The position numbers and the translations under genes were made by a program. Below the pieces are notes generated by a model, which ran no database searches, had not been told where the DNA came from, and was given only the letters and a program-made list of their open reading frames with translations. Below are positions 29,826-39,115 of a stretch of 64,000 nucleotides of DNA, piece by piece. This DNA is from Candidatus Bathyarchaeia archaeon (GTDB taxonomy: Archaea; Thermoproteota; Bathyarchaeia; Bathyarchaeales; Bathycorpusculaceae): the NCBI GenBank assembly GCA_038882975.1, contig JAVZNE010000004.1:37127-101126 (forward strand), in the 5' to 3' direction. Position 1 is the first letter of the stretch; every line of letters begins with the position of its first letter.

Positions 29826-30106
29826 CACCAAAGCCTCCTAACACGTTTTTTGAGGCGGTCTTCGGGTCTTCCAACAAGAAGCTTACCATCAATTTCAACA
29901 ACTGTCCCATCTGAAAACTTGAAATGAAAAATAGAGGATTCTTTTACAACAACTTTTCTTTCACCATTGTGGAGCAGGGTAAACGTGTTCCGTGTCTCAT
30001 CAATTATCTTGCCGCGTAAACCAACATAACCCCGATGGGTGCTCCGGGCAACCATCGCCTCGGTTCCAATAAACTCATAGCGTATTATGTCCGGCGTCAC
30101 CTTCAC
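29825..30106 (-). CDS. rnp1: Ribonuclease P protein component 1 (Rpp29)
   Basis: EFIG, G.IIDETRNT, GRPEDRL; conserved position. Confidence 0.93.
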   Translation of the reverse strand: MKVTPDIIRYEFIGTEAMVARSTHRGYVGLRGKIIDETRNTFTLLHNGERKVVVKESSIFHFKFSDGTVVEIDGKLLVGRPEDRLKKRVRRLW

Positions 30107-30342
30107 TTGCCCGTCCTCCCCTTGCCTTCCGCTGTTTTAGCCTCCAGTTTTTGCTCGTTCTCTATTGTCAATATTCTAGCAATTGCCCTCCGCAGCTCCT
30201 TTATCCTCGCAGGGTTTTCTACTGTGCCACCAGCCTTAACCATAGTTTTAAGCCTAAGAAGTTCTGTTCTAAACTCGCTAAGCTTTTTACGCCGCTCTTC
30301 TGGTGGCATTTCCCTTATTTCTTTAACCCTAATTATGGGCAT
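30103..30342 (-). CDS. rpl29: 50S ribosomal protein L29
   Basis: NPARIKELRRAIARILT. Confidence 0.95.
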   Translation of the reverse strand: MPIIRVKEIREMPPEERRKKLSEFRTELLRLKTMVKAGGTVENPARIKELRRAIARILTIENEQKLEAKTAEGKGRTGK

Positions 30343-31004
30343 TAATCAGCTGCCTCCTCCTCTCCACCGCTTGCCTCTTCAGCACTCTCGAGCGTTTTCT
30401 CCTCTGGCGGAGCCTCAACTATTTGGATTTTGTCTGGAAACTTGGCATCTGAAGGCATTATCCTGACCTTGACGCCGTAAATGCCCGGCTTAAGCTGGAC
30501 GTGAACTTCGGCTTTACGCATATACTTTAAGGCTGGATCTCCACACTTTGGCAAGTAACCACTCCTAAACTTCTCATATCTAGCACGTTCGGTTCGCAGT
30601 TTTCCACTGATGATTATTTCTACTCCTAAGGCTCCAGCCTCCATAACTTGATTTAAAGCCCAAAAACCTGCACGTCTGAAGTGTACGCCTCTCTGCAAAG
30701 CGGAGGCTATGCGTGTGGCAACAATGTATGGGTTCAACTCCGGAACCTCAATTTCAGAAACTGAGATTTGAGGGTTTGAAACATTGAATTTTTCTTCTAA
30801 TATTTTGGCGAGTTCCCTTATGGTTTCGCCGCTTCTACCTATCACGAGTCCGGGGCGCATGGCATAAATAACAACATGAGTACCAAGAGGAGTTTCTGAA
30901 ATGTTTACCCCGCCATAACCGGCCTTTTCGAGTTTTCTCTGCAGAAACTCGTCAATTTCCGCCCTCTTTCTGGACTTTGAGATAAAATGTTTTACAACAG
31001 CCAT
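30342..31004 (-). CDS. rps3: 30S ribosomal protein S3
   Basis: KH domain RPGLVIGRSG, GALGVEIIISGK. Confidence 0.97.
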   Translation of the reverse strand: MAVVKHFISKSRKRAEIDEFLQRKLEKAGYGGVNISETPLGTHVVIYAMRPGLVIGRSGETIRELAKILEEKFNVSNPQISVSEIEVPELNPYIVATRIASALQRGVHFRRAGFWALNQVMEAGALGVEIIISGKLRTERARYEKFRSGYLPKCGDPALKYMRKAEVHVQLKPGIYGVKVRIMPSDAKFPDKIQIVEAPPEEKTLESAEEASGGEEEAAD

Positions 31005-31495
31005 CAGGCTTCCTCCGCGACTGCTTCGGGCTGCTCTTCCAAGGCTAATTCAATATGGGTTAGGGTTTCAAATTTTGGCGTGGCTCTGCCAAAAGCCCTT
31101 GGTATATAACGCTTAATCTTCATCCCAGGATAGGCTGAGGCATGAATTATTTTGAGTCTTTCCGTGTCTAATCCCTTGTTTTCAGCGTTGGCTTCGGCGC
31201 CCTCGAGAATCTTTAGAATCTGTTTTGCCGCCTTCACGGGATATTTGCCAGCATAAGCCTTTTCCAGTCCATGGCGGTGAGCAGCCTTTTTCTTGAACCT
31301 TGTGAAGGGAACAGCCTTCTTCTTGGCCATAACATCCCTCAAAAACTTTTTGGCTTCTGTAAGCATCATGCCCTTTATTGCACTGCAAACTTCGCGGGCC
31401 GATTTATGGGATACCCTAACCTCTCGCCCGCTCGCCTTAACCGTTTTTTCAGGGTCTAATGCCTCTTCTGGTATGGAGTATCCCCATTTTGGCAC
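31004..31495 (-). CDS. rpl22: 50S ribosomal protein L22
   Basis: GKYPVKAA, ANAENKGL, PRAFGRA. Confidence 0.96.
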   Translation of the reverse strand: MPKWGYSIPEEALDPEKTVKASGREVRVSHKSAREVCSAIKGMMLTEAKKFLRDVMAKKKAVPFTRFKKKAAHRHGLEKAYAGKYPVKAAKQILKILEGAEANAENKGLDTERLKIIHASAYPGMKIKRYIPRAFGRATPKFETLTHIELALEEQPEAVAEEA

Positions 31496-31719
31496 TCAAT
31501 AGACTCTCCAACTGTGCAATTGAACAGCTACATGGCGGTTTATATGGTTTTCCATAAACCGGTACATTCTAAAGTTAGCTAAACACAAACAAAACCCGTA
31601 TCTGCCTTCACATTTTAGCGAACTCAAACGGTAAATGTGCGCCAAAAGTATCCTCGCAAATTCTTCGATGCATTTATGTTTAACCAAAGGCTTTATTGAA
31701 ACCAAGCTGGTGAACCACC

Positions 31720-32790
31720 GTGAAAAAGAACAAACATATAACAATGCTACATGGCGCTGGCGGAACAGTCATGCATGACCTCGTCAAAAACTACATTCTA
31801 AAATATTTTGGCAGCGCTGAAAGCACAAGTTTTGAAGTGCCTCTCGAGGCTTTAGATGACGCTGCAGTTGTTGGCAACATTGTTTTGAAGAGCGACTCCC
31901 ATGCCGTAAAGCCCATCTTTTTCCCAGGCGGGGACATTGGACGCTTGGCTGTTTCCGGCACTGTTAATGATATTGCTGTTTTAGGAGCAGAACCACATGC
32001 TCTGGCGTGCGGCTTTATCTTAGAGGAGGGCTTGCCAATAAAAGATTTTGAAAGAATTCTTGTCAGCATGCAGCAGACGTGCCAAGAAGCAAACGTGAGC
32101 ATTGTTACAGGCGACACAAAAGTCGTTGAAAAGGGAAGCCTAGGCGGTTGCGTAGTAAACGTTTCTGGAATTGGCGGAAGAACAGAAGCCTTGGAAAAAA
32201 ATTTGGCTGTTGTTAAACGATTTAGAGATGACTTCAAAGCACGCTGGATTCTTGATTCAAACCTTAAACCGGGAGACAAAATAATATTGTCCGGCACAAT
32301 AGGCGACCATGGCTTGGCAGTTTTATCAGCCCAGGAAGGGTTAAGCTTTGTAAGCGAAATAAAATCTGATGTTAAACCCTTGAACCACCTAATCCAGAGC
32401 TTATTAGGTGATGTTGGTGGCATAGTTACCATGAAAGACCCAACACGCGGCGGGCTGGCAGACGCCCTAAACGAGTTCAGCGAAAAATCAAAAGTAGGTA
32501 TATTAATTCACGAAGAAAGAATCCCTATAAAGGAGAATGTGAGGGCAGCATGCGAAATGCTGGGCATAGACCCGCTTGAGGTCGGCAACGAAGGAAAAAT
32601 AGTTATAGGCGTTGTAATGGAGAAAGCAGAAGAAATTTTAAAATTTCTAAAAGCTACGAAGGAAGGCAGAGATGCCGAGATTATAGGAGAAGCTGTTAAA
32701 GAGTTCGACGGGGTGGCAATGCAAACAGTGGTAGGCGGAAAAAGAATAATAGCAAGACCTATCGGCGACCCTGTTCCAAGAATATGTTAG
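31720..32790 (+). CDS. hypE: Hydrogenase maturation carbamoyl dehydratase HypE
   Basis: HGAGG, FFPGGDIG, TGDTKVV, DPTRGG, C-terminal PRIC. Confidence 0.97.
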   Translation: MKKNKHITMLHGAGGTVMHDLVKNYILKYFGSAESTSFEVPLEALDDAAVVGNIVLKSDSHAVKPIFFPGGDIGRLAVSGTVNDIAVLGAEPHALACGFILEEGLPIKDFERILVSMQQTCQEANVSIVTGDTKVVEKGSLGGCVVNVSGIGGRTEALEKNLAVVKRFRDDFKARWILDSNLKPGDKIILSGTIGDHGLAVLSAQEGLSFVSEIKSDVKPLNHLIQSLLGDVGGIVTMKDPTRGGLADALNEFSEKSKVGILIHEERIPIKENVRAACEMLGIDPLEVGNEGKIVIGVVMEKAEEILKFLKATKEGRDAEIIGEAVKEFDGVAMQTVVGGKRIIARPIGDPVPRIC

Positions 32791-32820
32791 ACGATTTTTG
32801 CTATAGCAATTTCATAATTT

Positions 32821-33459
32821 TTACCGAAGTCTATTTTTAATGAAATGCACCATTGTTATTACCAGCAAGAGCAGCAGAAGAATAAAGAGGTGCCAGACCA
32901 CACTTAACATTATGGGTATGCTTAGCAGCCAGTAGAACAAATGAAAATCATTGCCCACAATTGATTTAATGCCAATAAACAAGAGGGCGGCGATAAGCAT
33001 GTTTACTCCCATAGCTTTAGTATCAAACCATGAATCTTTAGCGTTTAAATCCGCATTTTTTGGCTGAATCCTTCTTAATAATGGAATTTTGCCCTTAAAA
33101 AGGAAAAGCGAAAGTGTGTATACCAAAAAAGGTGTTAGGGACAAGCCGAAAAGGATTCCCGTGAAAAGTCTTAAATCGTTGTTACTGGTCCAAAATCCAA
33201 AAAGCTGTCCAAAAGAGTCCACATATAAGGGTGCCGACATAACCAGTGTTAAAAGCAAGTTTGGGGGGCCATTAGCTTCTTTATTTCTGATGAATAATAG
33301 CGTTACATAGCCTATATCGATTCCTATAAATGCGCCCGTATCTCTCGCGCAAACCGGAAGAGGGTAACCACCCACCACTAAGGTTCTTTCCGGCTTTTGG
33401 TGGCAAACTAAACTCCCAATAAAATTGAAGAAAATGATTATATCTTCTCCCCACGACAT
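32821..33459 (-). CDS. DUF2085-like membrane protein
   Basis: CHQKPERT..PVCARDTG, SNNDLR..TG. Confidence 0.8.
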   Translation of the reverse strand: MSWGEDIIIFFNFIGSLVCHQKPERTLVVGGYPLPVCARDTGAFIGIDIGYVTLLFIRNKEANGPPNLLLTLVMSAPLYVDSFGQLFGFWTSNNDLRLFTGILFGLSLTPFLVYTLSLFLFKGKIPLLRRIQPKNADLNAKDSWFDTKAMGVNMLIAALLFIGIKSIVGNDFHLFYWLLSIPIMLSVVWHLFILLLLLLVITMVHFIKNRLR

Positions 33460-33494
33460 TTGAAACGCGCCATCCAGTAAATTTGTGAAAACTT

Positions 33495-33737
33495 TTATGA
33501 TGGCGGTGGCGGCGGTGGTGCAGGTCGGCTTGGTTTTTCCTCCTTCCTGACAATCAAGTATACTATAAGCCCAAGTAAGCCAGCAAGAAGCACGATAATG
33601 AGCCATAAGGCGCCATTCATCCCCCGTGATTCTGCATCCCTATAGACCCAAATGCATAATATTATTGCAACAACAAACCAAATTATTGGTAGCATACAAG
33701 CCCAGCCGACCAGCAGCCATCCTTGTGCGACGGCCAT
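33495..33737 (-). CDS. Small 2-TM protein (PLDc_N-like) with poly-Pro tail
   Basis: WVYRDAESRGMNGALW..GLIVYLIVR + PPPPPPS. Confidence 0.8.
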   Translation of the reverse strand: MAVAQGWLLVGWACMLPIIWFVVAIILCIWVYRDAESRGMNGALWLIIVLLAGLLGLIVYLIVRKEEKPSRPAPPPPPPS

Positions 33738-33919
33738 ATTATCCCCTTTTAGCTTTTGTTGTGACTCACAATCTTTATAAAACTTATGTATATGCGGAAA
33801 TGCCTTACCAATAAGCAATGCTGCGACGCGGATTTTTATAGACTAACAGTGGATTGACTAAAGGATAACTGTAGCATGTTAGTAGTTAATTTAATATATA
33901 AGTAGCTTGAACCTATAGT

Positions 33920-34333
33920 TTGGTGAAAATCTTGGGAGAAAAACCAACAGCGGCGTTTGCACTATCTCTTGTTGGGGCCATCTTTATGATCTTGGGCGGT
34001 CTGGTTTCTGCCATCCTAGCAAGCATCGCCGGCGGTTTCCTCAGCATAGTTCCCGGTATGGAATGGCTAGGCGGCGCACTACTAATATTTGGCATACTGG
34101 GTCTTATATTTGGCATACTTGTACTAGTCGGCGCTGTAATGATAAATTCAGGCGAAAGAGACAAAGTTAGAACTGGGTCAATAATTGTATTAATATTTTC
34201 CATCTTGAACTTGATCTTTGGAAGCGGTGGCTTTTTCATAGGCTTTATTCTAGGGTTGATCGGCGGAATCCTTGGCTTAATATGGAAGCCTGGAGCACGT
34301 GCTGAGGCCCCACCACCGCCCCCGCCAACGTAG
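33920..34333 (+). CDS. Gly-rich 4-TM membrane protein with poly-Pro tail
   Basis: EKPTAAFALSLVG, GGFFIGFILGLIGG, PPPPPPT. Confidence 0.8.
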   Translation: MVKILGEKPTAAFALSLVGAIFMILGGLVSAILASIAGGFLSIVPGMEWLGGALLIFGILGLIFGILVLVGAVMINSGERDKVRTGSIIVLIFSILNLIFGSGGFFIGFILGLIGGILGLIWKPGARAEAPPPPPPT

Positions 34334-34352
34334 GGGGCCCTCTTTATTTTTG

Positions 34353-34499
34353 TTATTTTCTTGAGAGATACTCAAACAACTGGCGGGAGTAATTGCTGAG
34401 CGACTCAACGCGTTTGCTAAGCTCTGTCAATTGAATTTCTAGGCGTATTACCCTTTCCTTTAATTCAGCTATATCTCTGTCATAGGATTTTTCAGACAT
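34353..34499 (-). CDS. 48-aa coiled-coil small protein (absent from ORF track)
   Basis: MSEKSYDRDIAELKERVIRLEIQLTELSKRVESLSNYSRQLFEYLSRK; SD GAGGTGA upstream; heptad leucines. Confidence 0.7.
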   Translation of the reverse strand: MSEKSYDRDIAELKERVIRLEIQLTELSKRVESLSNYSRQLFEYLSRK

Positions 34500-34577
34500 C
34501 TTCTTCACCTCGTCATATATCCTCCTTCAGCCTTACTTATTTACCGCCCTTTTAATATTTAATTCTTGCCATGTCCT

Positions 34578-35663
34578 TTATTTTGTGGGCGCGTGTGCCC
34601 ATATGCGGCATGTTCCTTCCATACTTACCATACAGGCGCCTATTGGATTTTGAGGGGAACACACCTTCATAAACAGCGGGCACTCTGTTGGTTTTATCTT
34701 GCCTATAATTACTAGGTGGCATTGGCAGCCGGGCAGTAAATCTTTGCCATGTCCAATCCTAACATTGAACCTTTCCCGCGCATCGTAATCTGCGTATTTA
34801 TCTCGCAGTTTTAGAGTAGAGTTGGGAAGTCTTCCTAGGCCACGCCAGTTTCCCCCGACAACCTCAAAAACTTCATTCATAATTTGCTGCGCTTTCATGT
34901 TTCCCTCATATGTTACCGCGCGAGTGTACTCGTTTTCCAAGCTCGGCTTCCCCTCATTCAATTGCTTAAGGATCATGTAGATAGCAAGCAGGACATCTAA
35001 CGGCTCAAATCCGGCTACCACTGTTGGCATGCGGTAGGCTTTTGGAAAAATTTCATAAGCTTTTAAGCCGATAATGGTGCTTACGTGTCCCGGCGCTATG
35101 AAACCGTCTATGTGGAGGTCTCCTATCCCCAGAAGGAGCTCCATTGCTGGCGGAATCAAACGGTGGGAAACCAAGAAGCTCAGGTTTTTCGGCGGCTTTT
35201 TCAAGATTTCCATGGCAGTTGACGGGGCTGTTGTTTCAAAGCCTATAGCGAAGAAGGCGAACTCTTTGTTCGGCTCTTTTTCAGCCATTTTGCCCGCGTC
35301 TAATGTGCTGTAAACAACCCTGACATCGGCTCCTTCAGCTTTAGCATTTAACAACGATTTTCCAGAACCAGGAACGCGGAGGGCGTCTCCAAAGCATGTA
35401 ACAACAACCCCTTTTATGGCAAGTTGCACAGCCTCGTCTATTTCAGAGGCTGGTATTATGCACACCGGGCATCCTGGACCAGCTATAACCTCAACATTTT
35501 GGGGCAGGAGGCTTCTCAGACCAAAATGGGTTATCGTCCACTCATGAGTACCACAGACATGGCATATTTTTACAACATCGCGTTTCGGGGCAATTCCATG
35601 AATTTTTTCAACTATACGTTTCGCTAAGTTTGGATCTCTAAATTTTTTAAAATGTTCAAGCAT
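34578..35663 (-). CDS. hypD: Hydrogenase maturation protein HypD
   Basis: CGTH, GPGCPVC, GFETT, PGHVS, GACMVS.EG.C. Confidence 0.97.
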   Translation of the reverse strand: MLEHFKKFRDPNLAKRIVEKIHGIAPKRDVVKICHVCGTHEWTITHFGLRSLLPQNVEVIAGPGCPVCIIPASEIDEAVQLAIKGVVVTCFGDALRVPGSGKSLLNAKAEGADVRVVYSTLDAGKMAEKEPNKEFAFFAIGFETTAPSTAMEILKKPPKNLSFLVSHRLIPPAMELLLGIGDLHIDGFIAPGHVSTIIGLKAYEIFPKAYRMPTVVAGFEPLDVLLAIYMILKQLNEGKPSLENEYTRAVTYEGNMKAQQIMNEVFEVVGGNWRGLGRLPNSTLKLRDKYADYDARERFNVRIGHGKDLLPGCQCHLVIIGKIKPTECPLFMKVCSPQNPIGACMVSMEGTCRIWAHAPTK

Positions 35664-35669
35664 TTCAAC

Positions 35670-35915
35670 TCATCGCAAATTCTTTCGTTCAAGTTTTTCT
35701 TCAACTTCTAAAATTTCGCTCCACAAGCGCAGTGTTTCTTCTGCTTCTTCATTGCTTAGCACTTGGATGGCGTACCCTGCATGGACAAGCACGTAATCGT
35801 CAACTTTCACGTCCACGAGGCTTACATCAACCTCTTTTATTAGGCCTCCTCCAAAATCCACTTTGGCAATGTTGCCTTTAACGCTTACAACTTTTGCGGG
35901 GATAGCCAAACACAT
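35670..35915 (-). CDS. hypC: Hydrogenase assembly chaperone HypC
   Basis: MCLAIPA, VLVHAGYAI. Confidence 0.97.
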   Translation of the reverse strand: MCLAIPAKVVSVKGNIAKVDFGGGLIKEVDVSLVDVKVDDYVLVHAGYAIQVLSNEEAEETLRLWSEILEVEEKLERKNLR

Positions 35916-35962
35916 TGTTATCTGCGAAATAGCAAAACAAACTGAGATAAATCGTTTATGGC

Positions 35963-38269
35963 TTAAGATTGCGAGAACCCAGCGGCAAAGACTTGGCCAA
36001 ACGATAAGCCGCCATCACCCGGCGGAATAGCCTCGTGAAAGAGAAATTTTAAGCCAGCCGCCTCGACGGTTTCCTGCATAATTTTGGCTAATATTTCGTT
36101 ACATGCAGCCCCACCAGAAAAACCGACGACTTTCACACCATTTTCTAAAGCTTTTTCAATGGCTAATTCTGCTAAGCCTCGGGCTAGGTATACATGGGCG
36201 GAAAAAGCCAAATCATGTATGGGGCGTCTTTCTCTGTTTTCAAATATCTCCAGTAGCAGTTCTGTAGTGTTTAGGGTTTCACCCTCAATTATTGGCTTCA
36301 AATTTAGCGTGTCTTTTCCTTTCATGGCTGTTGATTCCAGCTTCATGGCAGGCTCGCCCTCGTATGTTCGTTCAAAACAAACACCTAAAACAGCTGCTAC
36401 AGCATCTAAAATCCTTCCACAACTTGTCGTTTTAACTGTGCCATGTCCCCTTCTAAGTTGCTGAAGAATCAGCTGAACCTCGTTTTCGCCGTAAGGGAAA
36501 TACCTCCTATTTCGCATGAGCCAGTCTTCCACATCCACCTTTTTGTATAATATTCCAGCAGCTATTCTAAGCGGGTAACGGGTGGCCAAATCTATGCCAA
36601 TCATTGGCTGTTTTTCAAGGTGGGCCAGGCGTTTAAATTCCATTGAATCTTTCAATCCTAGTATTATTTCGCCTCCCCACGCTTCGCCGTCAGCGCCGTA
36701 CCCGTAGCCGTCACAGCAGACGCCGATAATTTCGGATACGCCGTGCTCAGCCATTAAGGCTGCAACGTGCGCGTAGTGGTGTTGAATTTGGAAAAGCTGC
36801 CAGCCGTTCTCCTCAGCTAAATCTTTGGCGAGCTTTGTTGTTGTGAATTTTGGATGCAAATCGCATGCAACGGCGCTCACTTTACTGTTTGTTAGACGAA
36901 TTAAGTGTTTGGCGGCGCTTTCCAAGAAATCCCGCGTTTCTATGTTTTCCACATCGCCTATATGTTGAGATATAAAGGCTTTGTTGCCAAGCAAAACGCA
37001 AGCAGTGTTGTTCAGTTCTCCCCCCAAAGCCAAGACACATTTTTTGGCTTTTTCCCTCAAAATTACCGGCGCTGGTGCATAACCCCTTGAACGTCTAATA
37101 AAAACCAGTTTTTCGCCGTGCACCCGCACAACCGAGTCGTCGCATCTGTGGGCTATCCGCCTATTGTGAAAGAGGAAGTAATCAACAATATCGCCCAACT
37201 TTTTTAGGGCTTCCTCGTCGTCTTTAACTATGGGCTGGTTGGGCGGATTGGCGCTGGTCATGACAAAGGCCGGCTCTTCTATATTGTCAAACAACATGTA
37301 GTGCAAGCCTGTATAAGGAAGCATAACGCCAACATTATGCAAGCCAGGAGCAATTAAATCTGAAAGGTGGTATTTGCTGCTTTTTTTCAGGAGCACTATT
37401 GGGCGTGTATAGGAGGTTAAAAGCTCTGCTTCTTTTGGGCTTACTTCGGCGAAGGACCGCACAGCCTCAAGGCTTCGCGCCATAATAGCGAAGGGCTTCT
37501 GCATCCTATGCTTAGCCTTTCTAAGCCTTATTAGAGGCTTATCCTTTGTAGTTGCTGTCGCCACATGAAAGCCACCATACCCTTTGATTGCGACGATAAA
37601 GCCTTCTGCAAGCAGTTTACCCGCCTCTCTTATCGGGTCGTTGGAGGAAACCAGTTCGCCTTTGCATGTGGTTAAGTAAACCTTAGGGCCACATTTTGGA
37701 CAAGCCACCGTTTGCGCGTGGAAACGCCTATTCATAGGGTCTTTGTACTCTTTTTGGCAGAAACTGCACATGGGAAAGTCCCGCATTGTGGTGTTTTCCC
37801 GGTCGTAGGGAATTCTCTCAATAATCGTGTATCTTGGACCGCAGTCAGTGCAGGTTATGAAAAAGTATTCGTATCTGGGGTTGCCTTTCTCCCTTAATTC
37901 CTTTAGGCACTCGTCACATATGGCAACATCTGGCGGAATAACAGAGCCGGAAAGCTCAGACTCCTCAGAGCTTTTCTCGATTGTAAAGCTTGTATATTGG
38001 TTTTCGCCCTCAAGTTTTAATGTAATAATTTCGTGAATATGCGCCAGTGGCGGCTTCTTTTCTTTCAAATCCCTTAGGAAACTATGGATGGCTTTTTCTT
38101 CGCCTTCTAGGAGGATTTCAACTCCCGCGTCACCCATATTTCTAACATAGCCTTTCAAGCCGTTTTTTACGGCTATGCGGTATATGAAAGGGCGAAATCC
38201 AACACCTTGAATTATGCCAGTGACTCTAACTTTGACTCGCACTGTGTCCATCTCTTGAAGCTTAATCAC
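35963..38269 (-). CDS. hypF: Carbamoyltransferase HypF
   Basis: Acylphosphatase GIIQGVGFRPF, Zn fingers, QHHYAH, PPGDGGLSFGQ. Confidence 0.97.
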   Translation of the reverse strand: MIKLQEMDTVRVKVRVTGIIQGVGFRPFIYRIAVKNGLKGYVRNMGDAGVEILLEGEEKAIHSFLRDLKEKKPPLAHIHEIITLKLEGENQYTSFTIEKSSEESELSGSVIPPDVAICDECLKELREKGNPRYEYFFITCTDCGPRYTIIERIPYDRENTTMRDFPMCSFCQKEYKDPMNRRFHAQTVACPKCGPKVYLTTCKGELVSSNDPIREAGKLLAEGFIVAIKGYGGFHVATATTKDKPLIRLRKAKHRMQKPFAIMARSLEAVRSFAEVSPKEAELLTSYTRPIVLLKKSSKYHLSDLIAPGLHNVGVMLPYTGLHYMLFDNIEEPAFVMTSANPPNQPIVKDDEEALKKLGDIVDYFLFHNRRIAHRCDDSVVRVHGEKLVFIRRSRGYAPAPVILREKAKKCVLALGGELNNTACVLLGNKAFISQHIGDVENIETRDFLESAAKHLIRLTNSKVSAVACDLHPKFTTTKLAKDLAEENGWQLFQIQHHYAHVAALMAEHGVSEIIGVCCDGYGYGADGEAWGGEIILGLKDSMEFKRLAHLEKQPMIGIDLATRYPLRIAAGILYKKVDVEDWLMRNRRYFPYGENEVQLILQQLRRGHGTVKTTSCGRILDAVAAVLGVCFERTYEGEPAMKLESTAMKGKDTLNLKPIIEGETLNTTELLLEIFENRERRPIHDLAFSAHVYLARGLAELAIEKALENGVKVVGFSGGAACNEILAKIMQETVEAAGLKFLFHEAIPPGDGGLSFGQVFAAGFSQS

Positions 38270-38292
38270 ATTTAAAACGTTGGTTTAAAGTT

Positions 38293-39036
38293 TCACTCTT
38301 CTGGCTCTTTCCACAAATAGTTGAAGTAGTCTTTGGCTAGCGCCGCCAAGCCTGGATGGTCAGACCATATGGCGCTTATCTCGCCCCTTTCGTCGCTGAA
38401 AAGCAGTAAAACTTCGCTGCTGTCTGATATGGCTCCACCGCCAAACATTTTTTCTCGACATTTCACCTCGCCGATTTTTGAAAGCATCCCATACACGTTT
38501 TCGCTTAATCCTTTCAACATCATGAAGCGAACCAGCACCTTTTCGCCGATAAAAGAGTGGAGCAACTGGTAGAAATCCAGCAGAAACTCTTCTTTGGTGA
38601 ATGGTAGGGCTATGAGCATCTCCTGCCTACATTTTTTAGCCATTTCCTTAAACTTTGAAATTATGTTTAATGCGCCTCTCAGAAGCCAAACATCATACTT
38701 CTCTTTGGTTTTCAGCCTCTCATAAATGGGGAGCAGCTCGTCGGTTACTGTTTTCTCGATTTGCAGCCACTCATTCTCAAAGGCTGACTTAGCCTTCTTT
38801 AGGGCTATTTCAGGTGATTTTGGAAAGTATCTGCTTGGTCTTTTTCTTGTTGCCTCTATCCACCCCTTCTTTTCTAGGCTGTTTAGGACTTGGTAAACTT
38901 TGGAGTAGGGTATTTGTGCTCCGTAGCTTATTTGTTTGGCTGCTAGCGCGCCCTTCTCCATGAGCAGTAGGTATGCATCCGCCTCATAGTCTGTCAGTCC
39001 AGCTCGTTTAAGCGTGGTCTTTATTTTTGCGCTCAT
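38293..39036 (-). CDS. TrmB family transcriptional regulator
   Basis: GLTDYEADAY..IPYSKVYQVLNSLEKKGWI..RPSRY plus C-terminal effector domain. Confidence 0.9.
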   Translation of the reverse strand: MSAKIKTTLKRAGLTDYEADAYLLLMEKGALAAKQISYGAQIPYSKVYQVLNSLEKKGWIEATRKRPSRYFPKSPEIALKKAKSAFENEWLQIEKTVTDELLPIYERLKTKEKYDVWLLRGALNIISKFKEMAKKCRQEMLIALPFTKEEFLLDFYQLLHSFIGEKVLVRFMMLKGLSENVYGMLSKIGEVKCREKMFGGGAISDSSEVLLLFSDERGEISAIWSDHPGLAALAKDYFNYLWKEPEE

Positions 39037-39060
39037 GAAAGAGAATAATACTTTTCACCC

Positions 39061-39085
39061 TATTAAAATTATGGAAATTTTAATA
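39061..39085. promoter_or_regulatory. Perfect 10-5-10 inverted repeat in the trmB/tes divergent promoter
   Basis: tattaaaatt-atgga-aattttaata. Confidence 0.5.
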
Positions 39086-39115
39086 TAGCCACAAGCCAAG
39101 ACCTTAAACCATAAC

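Noticed and set aside
31496-31744. 82-aa ORF upstream of L22 as a possible S19
   Set aside because: No S19 motifs; overlaps the hypE start and promoter region; probably spurious
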